Below are positions 19,359 through 28,837 of a DNA stretch of 47,860 nucleotides, in pieces; the stretch's first letter is position 1; every line of letters begins with the position of its first letter. Source of the stretch: Candidatus Micrarchaeota archaeon. Its GTDB lineage: Archaea; Micrarchaeota; Micrarchaeia; Anstonellales; J096. The translations under genes were made by a program, and so were the position numbers. The stretch is from positions 75,812 through 123,671 of the forward strand of contig WAKO01000015.1 in NCBI GenBank assembly GCA_015523325.1, given 5' to 3'. Under the pieces are notes generated by a model. The model searched no databases, was not told the origin of the DNA, and saw nothing but the letters and a program-made list of their open reading frames with translations.

Positions 19359-19847
19359 ATGGGAATTGAGATAAAGAGCATAAAAATAGAAAAACCTGAA
19401 GAAGTTAATGTAATAATTGGAAGAGCTCATTTCATAAAAACTGTAGAGGATCTTTATGAGGCTTTGGCGGAGTCATCTCCAAGTTTAAAGTTTGGTATAG
19501 CATTTAATGAAGCTAGTGGGAAAAAACTAGTCAGGTTTGATGGAAATGATGAGGAAATGATAAAATTAGCTGTAAAAAATGCAGAAAAAATAAAAGTTGG
19601 GCATATGTTTCTAATATTCCTTAAGAACGGATATCCAATAAATGTGTTGAATAGGATAAAGCAAGTAAGTGAAGTAACCTCAATAGTAACAGCTTCAGCA
19701 AATCCTTTAGAGGTTATTGTTGCTGATTTAGGAGAAGCAAGGGCATTGCTAGGGGTTGCTGATGGAGGGAAAGTGGTTGGAATTGAGAGTGAAGAGGACA
19801 AAAGAGAGAGAAAAGAGTTCTTGAGGAAAATAGGATATAAGAGGTGA
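19359..19847 (+). CDS. Adenosine-specific kinase family protein (DUF355)
   Basis: HFIKTVEDLYEA, FGIAFNEASG, GYPINVLN, ANPLEV and FLRKIGYKR. Confidence 0.9.
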   Translation: MGIEIKSIKIEKPEEVNVIIGRAHFIKTVEDLYEALAESSPSLKFGIAFNEASGKKLVRFDGNDEEMIKLAVKNAEKIKVGHMFLIFLKNGYPINVLNRIKQVSEVTSIVTASANPLEVIVADLGEARALLGVADGGKVVGIESEEDKRERKEFLRKIGYKR

Positions 19848-19851
19848 AAAG

Positions 19852-20151
19852 TTGATAGAAAGAGGGATTGAGGAAGGGCAAAAGCCCAAAGAAAGTTCTG
19901 AGGATATTGAGAGCTTTGTAAAAAACAATAAGGAAGAGATTGAAAGAATAGCTAAAGAGAATGGAGTTACTAAAGCAGGAACTCAGGATATTGCAATAAT
20001 AGTTTGGATTAATAGTATTCATGAGGGAAAGCTTCCTAAAGATGAAGAAGTGCTTAAAAGAGTTGAAGAAATAATAAAACTTTTAAAAAGAGAGGAATTT
20101 GAAAAGCATTTGTCTCAATTTAAACTAACAGGAGATAAGATCCAGCCCTAA
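19852..20151 (+). CDS. Hypothetical protein
   Basis: SD GAGGTGA with TTG start directly after the previous gene; typical composition. Confidence 0.6.
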   Translation: MIERGIEEGQKPKESSEDIESFVKNNKEEIERIAKENGVTKAGTQDIAIIVWINSIHEGKLPKDEEVLKRVEEIIKLLKREEFEKHLSQFKLTGDKIQP

Positions 20152-20185
20152 ATCTAAACCTTAATCCCTTAAATAGTTATTAAAG

Positions 20186-20257
20186 CGCCCTGGGCCGGAC
20201 TCGAACCGGCGACCTTCCGGTTAACAGCCGGACGCTCTACCACTGAGCTACCAGGGC
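20186..20257 (-). tRNA. tRNA-Asn(GTT)
   Basis: Cloverleaf with TCCGG-CT GTT AA-CCGGA anticodon arm. Confidence 0.97.
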
Positions 20258-20358
20258 AAAAAATTAATTAGATTAATTTTAAGAAGGATTTAAAAAGAAT
20301 TTGATAAATGAGAGAAACCCTCAAACAAAACCCTAAACTGAGATAAAAACTAAAAAAA

Positions 20359-21195
20359 TTATATTAATAAAACTGGGGAAAAGAATAATGAAAATAGAAA
20401 ACCTATCAGCAAAAATGGAGAGAAGGGAATCATCTTATAAATCGTTACTTCTTTTAGCTTATCCTTTATGTCTTCAAAAACCTCTGTTGTTATAAGCCTA
20501 ACCTTTCCAACTATTCTTCTTTCCTCTTCACTAGCATAATCATAAGCAAAAACCTCATCCAAGCTTTCCTCTACTCTAACTTTTTTTACAAAGCTTCTCA
20601 ATAAGTCATCCTTATAGATAGAGACTAAAATTGAAGAAAGGAAGAGTATTGATACAACTACTAAGTAAAAAATGTTTACAAAAGGAGTATTAAACATTAT
20701 AAAGAGAAATATCAAGTATATTAAAACCAATAATACCTCTCCTCTTCCAGGTAATTTTGAGAGCCTTAATTTTGTTAAAATATAGAGAGAAACAAACACT
20801 GCAAAGAGTAGAGAAGAGAAAATAAAGATAAAGAATACAAAAGGAAGAACAGCTGGGACATTAGCAAAAACAGGAGGAATAGGGAATAGCAATGATAATG
20901 TTGAAAAAGCAAAAGCCTCTCCAAGCCCAACCTGTCCTAATTTATAGAGGAGAAAAACAACTGAAAATACTACTAAGAATTGGAAAAAAGCAAATACTTT
21001 GAATTCATTTGGATAGAATAAAACAAATACGAATGCTAAAGCTGTTAAAGTATAAACTACTCTATCAGGGATGTTTCTATCATTTTTTATATCAAAATAA
21101 GAGAAAACTATGAGATAAAACAATGCAAAAATTACCCTTAACTCCTCAAAAGGCAAGGGAATAAAATCTATGTTTTCAAGCCCTATCATTTTCAA
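20359..21195 (-). CDS. Prepilin/prearchaellin peptidase-like membrane protein (A24, PibD/FlaK-like)
   Basis: SYFDIK..R.IPD, GLGE in place of GxGD, and C-terminal IPFSPFL. Confidence 0.65.
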   Translation of the reverse strand: MKMIGLENIDFIPLPFEELRVIFALFYLIVFSYFDIKNDRNIPDRVVYTLTALAFVFVLFYPNEFKVFAFFQFLVVFSVVFLLYKLGQVGLGEAFAFSTLSLLFPIPPVFANVPAVLPFVFFIFIFSSLLFAVFVSLYILTKLRLSKLPGRGEVLLVLIYLIFLFIMFNTPFVNIFYLVVVSILFLSSILVSIYKDDLLRSFVKKVRVEESLDEVFAYDYASEEERRIVGKVRLITTEVFEDIKDKLKEVTIYKMIPFSPFLLIGFLFSLFFSPVLLI

Positions 21196-22339
21196 ACACT
21201 CTCCTAAGGAAATAAGAGTTTATATTTTTTACTATTAAGAAAGAGCATTTTAAAGTATTACCTATGATTAAGGAAAGGTTAGGAGTTGTCCTTCCATTAT
21301 CTCCACTTATAAGCTCTTTTATGTATAAACCAGCTTCTCCCCAAATATCCACAAAAATTCCAAACTTATCTCTTCCAACTTCTATTCTATAAACCCTCCT
21401 TCTCCTAACTTTATTGGCCCTTCTATCAAGGACTCTTGTAGGGGTTTTCTGATAAATGGTGGTTACCAGCTTTTTTGCATTTTCCCTCAGCTTTTGGTAA
21501 AGCTCCTCTTCCCCAATCCTTTGTTTATTCCAAGAGAGATAAGCCCTATACCATTTATCAAAATGAGAATCACTTACTAATGTTGTGAAGCTTCTCTTCA
21601 CTCTTCCTTCAATTCTAATGTTAATAATTCCTCTATAATAATTATTTATTTTATCCTCTAAATTTTTTAAGTGATTAAAAGAAGGGAAAAAACTAGCCTT
21701 TTGAAGCTCAAGAACAAAAGGTCTTCCACCCTCATTAATAACATCAACATCCTCTCTTCCAGAGGCATGTAAAAAGTATTTTTTTGCCTTAAACTCTTTT
21801 GAAAAAAACTTCCCTATTGCTTCCTCCATTGAGAGGGGATAATGCCATTTCTTTTGGCTAATACCTGGAATCAATTTTTTATAATAACCAAAAACAAAAA
21901 GATCTCCTCTAACAATGCTTATATCTTCCCCTATTATTATCTTAACCTCCCAATTATCGTTTGAAAATTCTAGGCCAAATTCCTCTCTAATAAAATCCTT
22001 TATCTTGCTATTCAGGTAATTTTTTAGAGAATTTCCAAGCTTAAAACCAAATAATTTCTCCTCCTTATTTATTAGGCTCTCAAACAAATTTAAGGAAAGC
22101 GAAAACTTTGTGATATTTCTTGATTTAAAAAATTCCTTTAGAGAGGTGTTTTCAACACTAGCATTATTTAGCTTTTTCTTTACTTCCTCCAACTTATTTT
22201 TTAGTTCTCCATCACAAACAAAGCAAGAATTACAAGAAGAGAACCAATTATCAAACCTTTTATTACATTCTCTGCATAAACAAACTAATTTCCCTAAAGA
22301 ATGTCTTAAGTCCTCATTTAAAACCTTTAAAGAGTCCAC
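21176..22339 (-). CDS. pus10: tRNA pseudouridine(54/55) synthase Pus10
   Basis: HASGREDVDV, GRPF, QKTPTRV.DRR and GLYIKELISGDNGRT. Confidence 0.93.
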   Translation of the reverse strand: MDSLKVLNEDLRHSLGKLVCLCRECNKRFDNWFSSCNSCFVCDGELKNKLEEVKKKLNNASVENTSLKEFFKSRNITKFSLSLNLFESLINKEEKLFGFKLGNSLKNYLNSKIKDFIREEFGLEFSNDNWEVKIIIGEDISIVRGDLFVFGYYKKLIPGISQKKWHYPLSMEEAIGKFFSKEFKAKKYFLHASGREDVDVINEGGRPFVLELQKASFFPSFNHLKNLEDKINNYYRGIINIRIEGRVKRSFTTLVSDSHFDKWYRAYLSWNKQRIGEEELYQKLRENAKKLVTTIYQKTPTRVLDRRANKVRRRRVYRIEVGRDKFGIFVDIWGEAGLYIKELISGDNGRTTPNLSLIIGNTLKCSFLIVKNINSYFLRRVFENDRA

Positions 22340-22422
22340 AACTAAAATTTAGGAGAATTATTTTTAAACTATTTTAGAAGAAGTAAAGGGGTAAAAAGCT
22401 AAAGCTAAACCGAATCCTTAAA

Positions 22423-23013
22423 TTATTCCCCTATTCTTAAATTTTTTAATTCCTCCTCTACCAAACTTTCACCATTTTTTAGTTTCTCAAGGTTTGTAAG
22501 ATAGTTTAAAAAATCCCTTATCTCTTCTCTTTTAATATTTTTTATTCTCAATTGGCCCTCACAAATCTTGGAAAAATGGAAATACAAACGATTCTCAGCC
22601 AAAAATAGGAGGAGAGAGAAAACCAAAACTTTATCAATTTTTAAGGGAAACCTAGCTAATAAAATTGCTGAGGAGTTAAGGATCCTTTTTCCTTCCCCCC
22701 TCAAATTATCAAAATCAAAATAAGGGTGTTTATCAAAGCTATTTCTAAATACATCCTTTAAAAGAGAAGAGAGGGCTTCTTTTAAAGAGGAAAAAGCCAA
22801 TTGTTTATTAGAAGTAGCTTTAATAACATCACATACTTCCTTATAAACAAAGGAGGGCTCTGCTTCTTTTATAATATCCATAAACTTACTTTTTAGTAGG
22901 TTGCTAAAAACCCTCTTATCCTTCTCCCTTATGTTAGAGAATAGAAAGCTTAGCTTTTCTTCACTAATCCTAAAACCCCTAACAATCCTTGGATTAAGAT
23001 AATTCTTTCCCAT
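22423..23013 (-). CDS. Hypothetical protein (start moved to ATG 23013)
   Basis: Long ORF; the shorter start avoids overlap with the divergent gene. Confidence 0.55.
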   Translation of the reverse strand: MGKNYLNPRIVRGFRISEEKLSFLFSNIREKDKRVFSNLLKSKFMDIIKEAEPSFVYKEVCDVIKATSNKQLAFSSLKEALSSLLKDVFRNSFDKHPYFDFDNLRGEGKRILNSSAILLARFPLKIDKVLVFSLLLFLAENRLYFHFSKICEGQLRIKNIKREEIRDFLNYLTNLEKLKNGESLVEEELKNLRIGE

Positions 23014-23064
23014 GAAAATAAGTTTTCCAAAAAGAATAAAAAAGTTAGATGATATTCTAAAGTA

Positions 23065-23373
23065 ATGGGTAATGGAGAGGAAGGGAATAAAGCTCAAAAA
23101 AGTAAAACAAGACTTGAATCCTTAAAGGAAATAAGAGATATATACAAAAAGCTTAGAAAGGATGAGATGAGTATGGAGGAAGTGACTGCTATTGCAAAAG
23201 ATTCCTTAAAGGTTGGAAACCTAATAAAAATAGAAAAACTATCCAATCTAATATTTGCTAGAGCTGAAGAAAAGATTAAGAGAGAATTCGCAAAAGAGCT
23301 AAAAAGGAATAATTTGGAAGAATTCGTTCCAATAAAATACAGAAAATTTATTAAAGATTTTGAAACACTTTGA
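23065..23373 (+). CDS. Hypothetical protein
   Basis: Charged helical ORF with coding-like composition. Confidence 0.55.
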   Translation: MGNGEEGNKAQKSKTRLESLKEIRDIYKKLRKDEMSMEEVTAIAKDSLKVGNLIKIEKLSNLIFARAEEKIKREFAKELKRNNLEEFVPIKYRKFIKDFETL

Positions 23374-23399
23374 TGTGTAGTTTTTAGCATTTTATTTTA

Positions 23400-23472
23400 G
23401 GGCCCGTAGTCGAGTGGTTAAGACGCCACCCTGACACGGTGGAGATCCCAGGTTCAATTCCTGGCGGGCCCA
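23400..23472 (+). tRNA. tRNA-Val(GAC)
   Basis: GGGCCCG acceptor stem; CCACC-CT GAC AC-GGTGG anticodon arm. Confidence 0.97.
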
Positions 23473-23518
23473 CTAGCCATTCTCAACTCTTTAAAATGTT
23501 TTCTAGAAATTCTTAACT

Positions 23519-24895
23519 ATGTTGAAAATACACGATAGCTACTCAGATAAAGATGTTGAAATAAAAAGTAAAGAGATAGTGCTTTATGTTTGTGGTTTAA
23601 CTCCTTATGATGATTGTCATATTGGCCATTTAAGAACTTATATTGGGTTTGATTTACTAAAAAGAGTCTTTATTTATCAAGGGGCTAAAGTATTTCACAT
23701 TCAAAATGTTACAGATGTAGATGATAAACTAATAAAAAGAGCAAAAGAGCTAGGGAAAAATGTTCTGGCAATAGCAGATTATTACGAATACAAAAGCAGA
23801 AAGCTATTTGAGGAGTTTAACATTATTTTGGCTGATGCTTACCCAAGGGTCTCACAATACATAGAGCAAATAATAAAAATGGTTGAGGTTTTGCTAAAAA
23901 AAGGATATGCATATGAGACAGAAACTGGGGTTTATTTTGAAGTTGACAAATTTAAGGAGTATGGGAGGTTAAGCAAGCAAACAAAAGAAAACCTATTAAA
24001 GCATAGGATTGAAGTAGATAAAACAAAGAAAAAACCCTATGACTTTGCTTTGTGGAAAAAGGAAGAGGATTTAATATTTTGGGAAAGCCCCTTTGGAAAA
24101 GGAAGGCCAGGATGGCACATAGAATGTTCAGCAATGGGAATAAGCTTAGCAAATAAAATAACAATACATGGAGGAGGAAGGGATTTAATATTCCCTCATC
24201 ATGAAAATGAGATTGCTCAAAGTGATTCTTACTTGGGAAGAAAACATGTTGAAAATTGGATGCATACAGGCCATTTAATGATTAAAGGAGATAAAATGAG
24301 CAAAAGCCTAGGAAACTTTATAACAGTGGAAGAAGCATTGAAAAAATGGGGGAGAGAGAGCTTGAGGATGTTCTTTATTAGTAGGAAATACTCAAGCGAG
24401 GTTAACTTTGATGAAGAAAACATAAGGGAGGCTAAAGCCTCCTTTTATAGAATAATTAACTTTATTGAGAGCTTAGAAAGCTCAAAAGGAGGAGAAAGGA
24501 GGATAAACAAGGAGATTGAAGAGCTAAGGCAAGGATTTTTTGAAAACATCTATAATGATTTGGATACTCCTCAAGCCCTTTCCCATCTATTTGAATTTAT
24601 AAGGAGGATTAATCCTATCGTAGAGGAAATTCACAGGACAGATTTAGAAAGATCATTAGCTTTATTAAAAGACATACTATTTATTTTAGGATTGGATAGA
24701 TTTTATGAGGAAAGAAAGAAAAAGCTTGAAGTGGTTAAGGAAGGTGTTGAAAAAATATTGAAAGCTAGGGAAAAGCTAAGGGAAAGGAAGCTCTTTGAAA
24801 TCTCGGATGAGATAAGAGAGGGGTTAGAGAAGTTAGGGATTGAAGTAAAAGACATGAAAAAAGGAAGTACATTTTCATTAAAAGAAGAAAGCTAG
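23519..24895 (+). CDS. cysS: Cysteine--tRNA ligase
   Basis: YVCGLT, HIGH, GRPGWHIEC, FPHHENE and KMSKS. Confidence 0.98.
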   Translation: MLKIHDSYSDKDVEIKSKEIVLYVCGLTPYDDCHIGHLRTYIGFDLLKRVFIYQGAKVFHIQNVTDVDDKLIKRAKELGKNVLAIADYYEYKSRKLFEEFNIILADAYPRVSQYIEQIIKMVEVLLKKGYAYETETGVYFEVDKFKEYGRLSKQTKENLLKHRIEVDKTKKKPYDFALWKKEEDLIFWESPFGKGRPGWHIECSAMGISLANKITIHGGGRDLIFPHHENEIAQSDSYLGRKHVENWMHTGHLMIKGDKMSKSLGNFITVEEALKKWGRESLRMFFISRKYSSEVNFDEENIREAKASFYRIINFIESLESSKGGERRINKEIEELRQGFFENIYNDLDTPQALSHLFEFIRRINPIVEEIHRTDLERSLALLKDILFILGLDRFYEERKKKLEVVKEGVEKILKAREKLRERKLFEISDEIREGLEKLGIEVKDMKKGSTFSLKEES

Positions 24896-24903
24896 GGGTT
24901 AGT

Positions 24904-26106
24904 ATGAATAAAATTGAACCAAAAAAAGAAGAAAACCCAAAAGTAATAAAGAGCCCTCATATAAAAGAAAAAATAGTAATAAATAGCTCAACATCAAATG
25001 AGAACATAAAGGTTCCTCCTTATCTGAAAAACAAAAGCTATGGGATAATAGAGGAAAAAGAATACATAAAAATAAGTGGTGGAAAAACTTACAAAGTTAT
25101 TGAGGCAACCTTCCTAAATAAGGGGGAAATAAGGAGGATAAAGCATTCCATAGATTTAACTGAAGTAATTAATAAAACCAAGGTAAATCCTAAAGAAATA
25201 GAAGTAGTGCTGATAATAACTGATGAAAAAGGAGTTGTATGCTATCTTTCTCAACAATTTGATAAAAATGTGGAAAAGTGGGCAAAAGAAAACAAAATTG
25301 AAAATTATTTTCTAAGAAAAGATATAATAGGAAAGTATAACATCCTATCCTATATTAAAGGAAAAGAAAAAGAAGAGATGAAGCAAATAATAAGAAAGAC
25401 TAGTTCTGGAGTTATGTGCCTTAAGGAATCTGCAATTAAAAAGAAGGATTTTTACTCTTCTCAATGTAAAAGCAAAAACATGCTTCATGTTATAAACACA
25501 TTCTTTAAAGAGGATGGTTTATTTCAACAAGTTTCTATAAACTTAACTCCAGCAACACTTAGAATTTGGGAAAAAGAAGAGCAATTTAATATGATAAAAA
25601 CAAAGAAGAGAAAAATAAAAACAAGAAAAAACATAAGTATTCACTATTTAGAGTATTTAATAGGAAACATTCCAAAAGGAAAAAATTTGGAAGAACTTAT
25701 AAGAAGGAAAATGGAAGAAATGAGATTTAGCTATGCGAAAAGCCTAATTACAGCAATAAATCTCCTTCCTACAGAAAAAACAAAAAGCATTGCGCTAAGC
25801 CTTATAGAAAAATCTCCAATAAAAGGAAGGTTTAAGGAATCCTCATTCATAATAAACCCTACACTAAATAATATAACAATAACCAAAGAAAACAAGATTA
25901 TTTATCTATTTCAAGCTCTCACTAAAGTTAAGGGAGAAGAAGCAGAACTATTAATTAGTGAGATAAATAAGCTAAAGGAACACCAATTTGAGTATTTTCT
26001 CTCAAAATTAGAAGAACTCAGTTCAATAATTAAAGAGGAAAATCAAAAAGAGCTTTTGGAATTAACTCTCTCAATTGTAGAATGCGAGAGTAAGATGATG
26101 AACTAA
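24904..26106 (+). CDS. Hypothetical Lys-rich protein
   Basis: 400-aa ORF with no recognised motif. Confidence 0.7.
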   Translation: MNKIEPKKEENPKVIKSPHIKEKIVINSSTSNENIKVPPYLKNKSYGIIEEKEYIKISGGKTYKVIEATFLNKGEIRRIKHSIDLTEVINKTKVNPKEIEVVLIITDEKGVVCYLSQQFDKNVEKWAKENKIENYFLRKDIIGKYNILSYIKGKEKEEMKQIIRKTSSGVMCLKESAIKKKDFYSSQCKSKNMLHVINTFFKEDGLFQQVSINLTPATLRIWEKEEQFNMIKTKKRKIKTRKNISIHYLEYLIGNIPKGKNLEELIRRKMEEMRFSYAKSLITAINLLPTEKTKSIALSLIEKSPIKGRFKESSFIINPTLNNITITKENKIIYLFQALTKVKGEEAELLISEINKLKEHQFEYFLSKLEELSSIIKEENQKELLELTLSIVECESKMMN

Positions 26107-26116
26107 AAAATAAAAA

Positions 26117-26365
26117 TTAAGAACTTTCCTTTTCTTTTATTTGCTTTAAAAGTAGAGCTAATTCTTTTCCTTTTTGAGTTAACTTAACAACCCTGAACTT
26201 TCCTCTAAACTCTGTTTCAACCAATCCCTTTGATTCCAAAGTAGACATTATGTTTGTTACATACACATATGTACACCCAGCTAATTTAGCAAGTTGGGAG
26301 AGGTAGTGGTTACCTTCCAACAAAGCAATCAATAAATTAGATGGTTTTTCTTTTAAAAACAACAC
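26117..26365 (-). CDS. Winged-helix transcription regulator (MarR/ArsR-like)
   Basis: LSQLAK...LESKGLV...VKLTQKG; SD GGAGGTGA. Confidence 0.85.
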   Translation of the reverse strand: MLFLKEKPSNLLIALLEGNHYLSQLAKLAGCTYVYVTNIMSTLESKGLVETEFRGKFRVVKLTQKGKELALLLKQIKEKESS

Positions 26366-26497
26366 AATTTCACCTCCAATAAACTTAAGCTATTTGGACA
26401 AAAACATTTATAAACTCTTCTAAAGCGGCAATCAGAAAAATAGAGGTTAAATAAGAGTTAGAGGAATTAAAAGAAAGAGTTTTAAAAGAAAGAGTTA

Positions 26498-26869
26498 TTA
26501 AATTACCTTTAAATGACACATCCTAACCTTTTTATCTAAAACCTTGCTATAATCATCAACATGATAATTTATAGTGTAGCGAAGAGGATAATCATAAGGA
26601 GGAGTTTGATTTGTAGTGTAGATTGTAACATAAAAAACCTCTTGAGAATATGGCTCAATTTTATTTAGCTTTACAGTTTTTTTCTTCCTAGAAGTTGTTG
26701 AATCAAAGCCAATCAATGCATTTTTTGGAACTTCAAAATCAAAAGAGAGGAGTATTGGGGAAGGAGTTTCATTATAAACCTCAACTATTAAATCAGAAGA
26801 TTTCCCAGATTTTGCAAGAATTCTCATAGGAACAAATCTATGCTTTACAATTATTTTTCCTTCTGCCAT
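26498..26869 (-). CDS. Hypothetical protein, beta-rich (Ig-like pattern)
   Basis: Alternating beta-strand pattern; TATA 29 nt upstream. Confidence 0.6.
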   Translation of the reverse strand: MAEGKIIVKHRFVPMRILAKSGKSSDLIVEVYNETPSPILLSFDFEVPKNALIGFDSTTSRKKKTVKLNKIEPYSQEVFYVTIYTTNQTPPYDYPLRYTINYHVDDYSKVLDKKVRMCHLKVI

Positions 26870-26929
26870 ATTTTAATAAATAGCTAATCATTTTTAAACC
26901 TTTTAATAAAAAAGCCAAAGGGGTTAAAA

Positions 26930-27216
26930 GGCAAAAGGGGCAAGTGCCAACCCAGGTTCAGTAGGCGCAAGAAAGGAACCAGTGCATAGGGGATCCACAC
27001 TCTTAACCCTAAAGCATGAGCCTATGCACTTAGGGCTGCTCTTTTCAGCCTGACCCGGTTCATGCATAGGCCCATCTAAAGGGGGAGTGCTTCAATTCCC
27101 TATGCAAAGGCCTTCTTCCTTGCCCTCCTACTTATCCTGGGTGTTCGGCCCACCATCTAGGGGATTTGTGGAAAGGGGACCCCTAGCCCCCAACCTAGGC
27201 ACTTGCTTTCCCTGCC
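26930..27216 (-). ncRNA. ffs: Signal recognition particle RNA (long form)
   Basis: Minus strand has the helix-8 SRP54 motif GAACCGGGUCAGGCUGAAAAGAGCAGCCC, terminal helix GCAAGUGCC/GGCACUUGC and long paired arms. Ends approximate. Confidence 0.9.
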
Positions 27217-27318
27217 TTTGCATTATTCGCTTGTATTATTTCAAATAATATTAAGAAAAGAGGTATAAAAATTATTTGCTTTTATGGAGTTATTGAGTAA
27301 GGAGGTTAAAGCTAATGG

Positions 27319-28665
27319 CTAGATGTTAAAATATTCTTGATAATCATAAGAGCTAGGCCTAGAGAGCTCCTCCTTGAATTCTCTAAGCTTAAGGCTTAAG
27401 TAATCTGAAATAAACTCAGAGCTAATCACTTTTCTTAGGAACTTATTGTTGTTTTCATAAGCTATTATTGCTTCATATAAGCTAAATGGTAGGGAAGGAC
27501 CTAAACAGGCTTTTCTCTCCTTTTCAGATAAAAAGTCTGGGTCTTGTTTTAGCTCATCAAATGTTTTACCCTTTGATTTTATTCCATCTAACCCCGCTAA
27601 AAGCAAAGCTGAAAGTGCAAGGAATGGATTTGCAGAGCTATCAGGAAGGCTAATTTCAACATATGTATTGTTTTCATCTTTTGCGCTGAATTTAACTACA
27701 ACGTTATTTAATGAAGAGGAATAAGCATTGTGCAAAGTGAAAGCAACCAATCCTTTATAGGAGTTTGTTGTTGGGTTTGTGAATAAAGAAATGTAGGGAG
27801 CATTAGAGATTATTCCTCCAATAAACCTTTTTGCAACATCACTAAGCCCTTCATCAGGAGAGAAAAGCTCATTGTTATCTTTTTTGAAAAGCTTAACTCT
27901 AAACCTCATCCTATTTGGAGGGCTTTTGAAAATAGGATAGGGCATGAAAGTGGCTAGAGCTCCATTCAATAAAGAAACATTTCTAGCTACGTATTTTAAG
28001 GAAATTATTGAGGAGCATGCATCAAATGCATTCATAAAATTAAAAACAATGCTTTGCTTTGAAGTAGAATTAGAGTGGGAGTTCTCAAATGAAGTTATTT
28101 TAAAGAAAGAGAATAGAGTGTCTAAGATTTGAAGTCTTACTAAGGAATAAACATCTTGAGGCATTGTTAAATTACTCCATTTCCTATCATAGGAGATTGG
28201 ATTTGAGTTCCAAGGAACCTCCCTTCCATCAAGGTTAACGCTTGGTCCTCTCTCTAAATTAACTTTATCCATAGTAACAGTCTCAAATATTGTGAACTCA
28301 CAAGAGGGTTGGATTAGCACTTTTGAAAACCCTTCCAAAGAGTAAAGAGAGAGCACTTTATTAAGAAAAGCTAAGCTGTCTTTAGGATGAGGATCTTTTT
28401 TTCTATAAACATAACAAAGCATTCTGGCTGTTGAATCCTCCCAAGGCACAATAGCAAAGCTCTCAGGAATTGGTTTGAGTAAAACGTTCTCCTCAAAAAA
28501 AGAGCTTAAAGAAGGAACTTCCAATCCATCCTCAAAAGTAGAGGATAAAATATTATTTGAGGAAACAGTGGTTTCCCTAATCCTTCCATCAATATCTAAA
28601 AACTGAAGCCTAACCCATTTTATTCCTTGAGAAGATATGGATTCAATTACTTTGGAAGGCTTCAT
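27319..28665 (-). CDS. Glutamine synthetase type I-like protein, active site degenerate
   Basis: VRLQFLDIDG, ATFMP, TNPTTNSYK, PDSSANPFLAL and LPFSLYEA framework; catalytic residues missing. Confidence 0.85.
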   Translation of the reverse strand: MKPSKVIESISSQGIKWVRLQFLDIDGRIRETTVSSNNILSSTFEDGLEVPSLSSFFEENVLLKPIPESFAIVPWEDSTARMLCYVYRKKDPHPKDSLAFLNKVLSLYSLEGFSKVLIQPSCEFTIFETVTMDKVNLERGPSVNLDGREVPWNSNPISYDRKWSNLTMPQDVYSLVRLQILDTLFSFFKITSFENSHSNSTSKQSIVFNFMNAFDACSSIISLKYVARNVSLLNGALATFMPYPIFKSPPNRMRFRVKLFKKDNNELFSPDEGLSDVAKRFIGGIISNAPYISLFTNPTTNSYKGLVAFTLHNAYSSSLNNVVVKFSAKDENNTYVEISLPDSSANPFLALSALLLAGLDGIKSKGKTFDELKQDPDFLSEKERKACLGPSLPFSLYEAIIAYENNNKFLRKVISSEFISDYLSLKLREFKEELSRPSSYDYQEYFNI

Positions 28666-28740
28666 TCCATCACCGATAGCAGTTACTCCAAAATCATTTT
28701 TAAATGTTTGTTAGAAATAAATATCTGTAAATTTTGTATA

Positions 28741-28814
28741 GCCGCGGTAGCTCAGCCTGGTAGAGCACTCGGCTGAAGACCGAGGTGTCCCCGGTTCAAA
28801 TCCGGGCCGCGGCA
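28741..28814 (+). tRNA. tRNA-Phe(GAA)
   Basis: GCCGCGG acceptor stem; CTCGG-CT GAA GA-CCGAG anticodon arm. Confidence 0.97.
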
Positions 28815-28837
28815 TAGCCAAATAATTTCTAATCCTT

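Noticed and set aside
15514-28814. tRNA-targeted integrated element
   Set aside because: No integrase and no duplicated tRNA 3' end seen; flanking genes are housekeeping.
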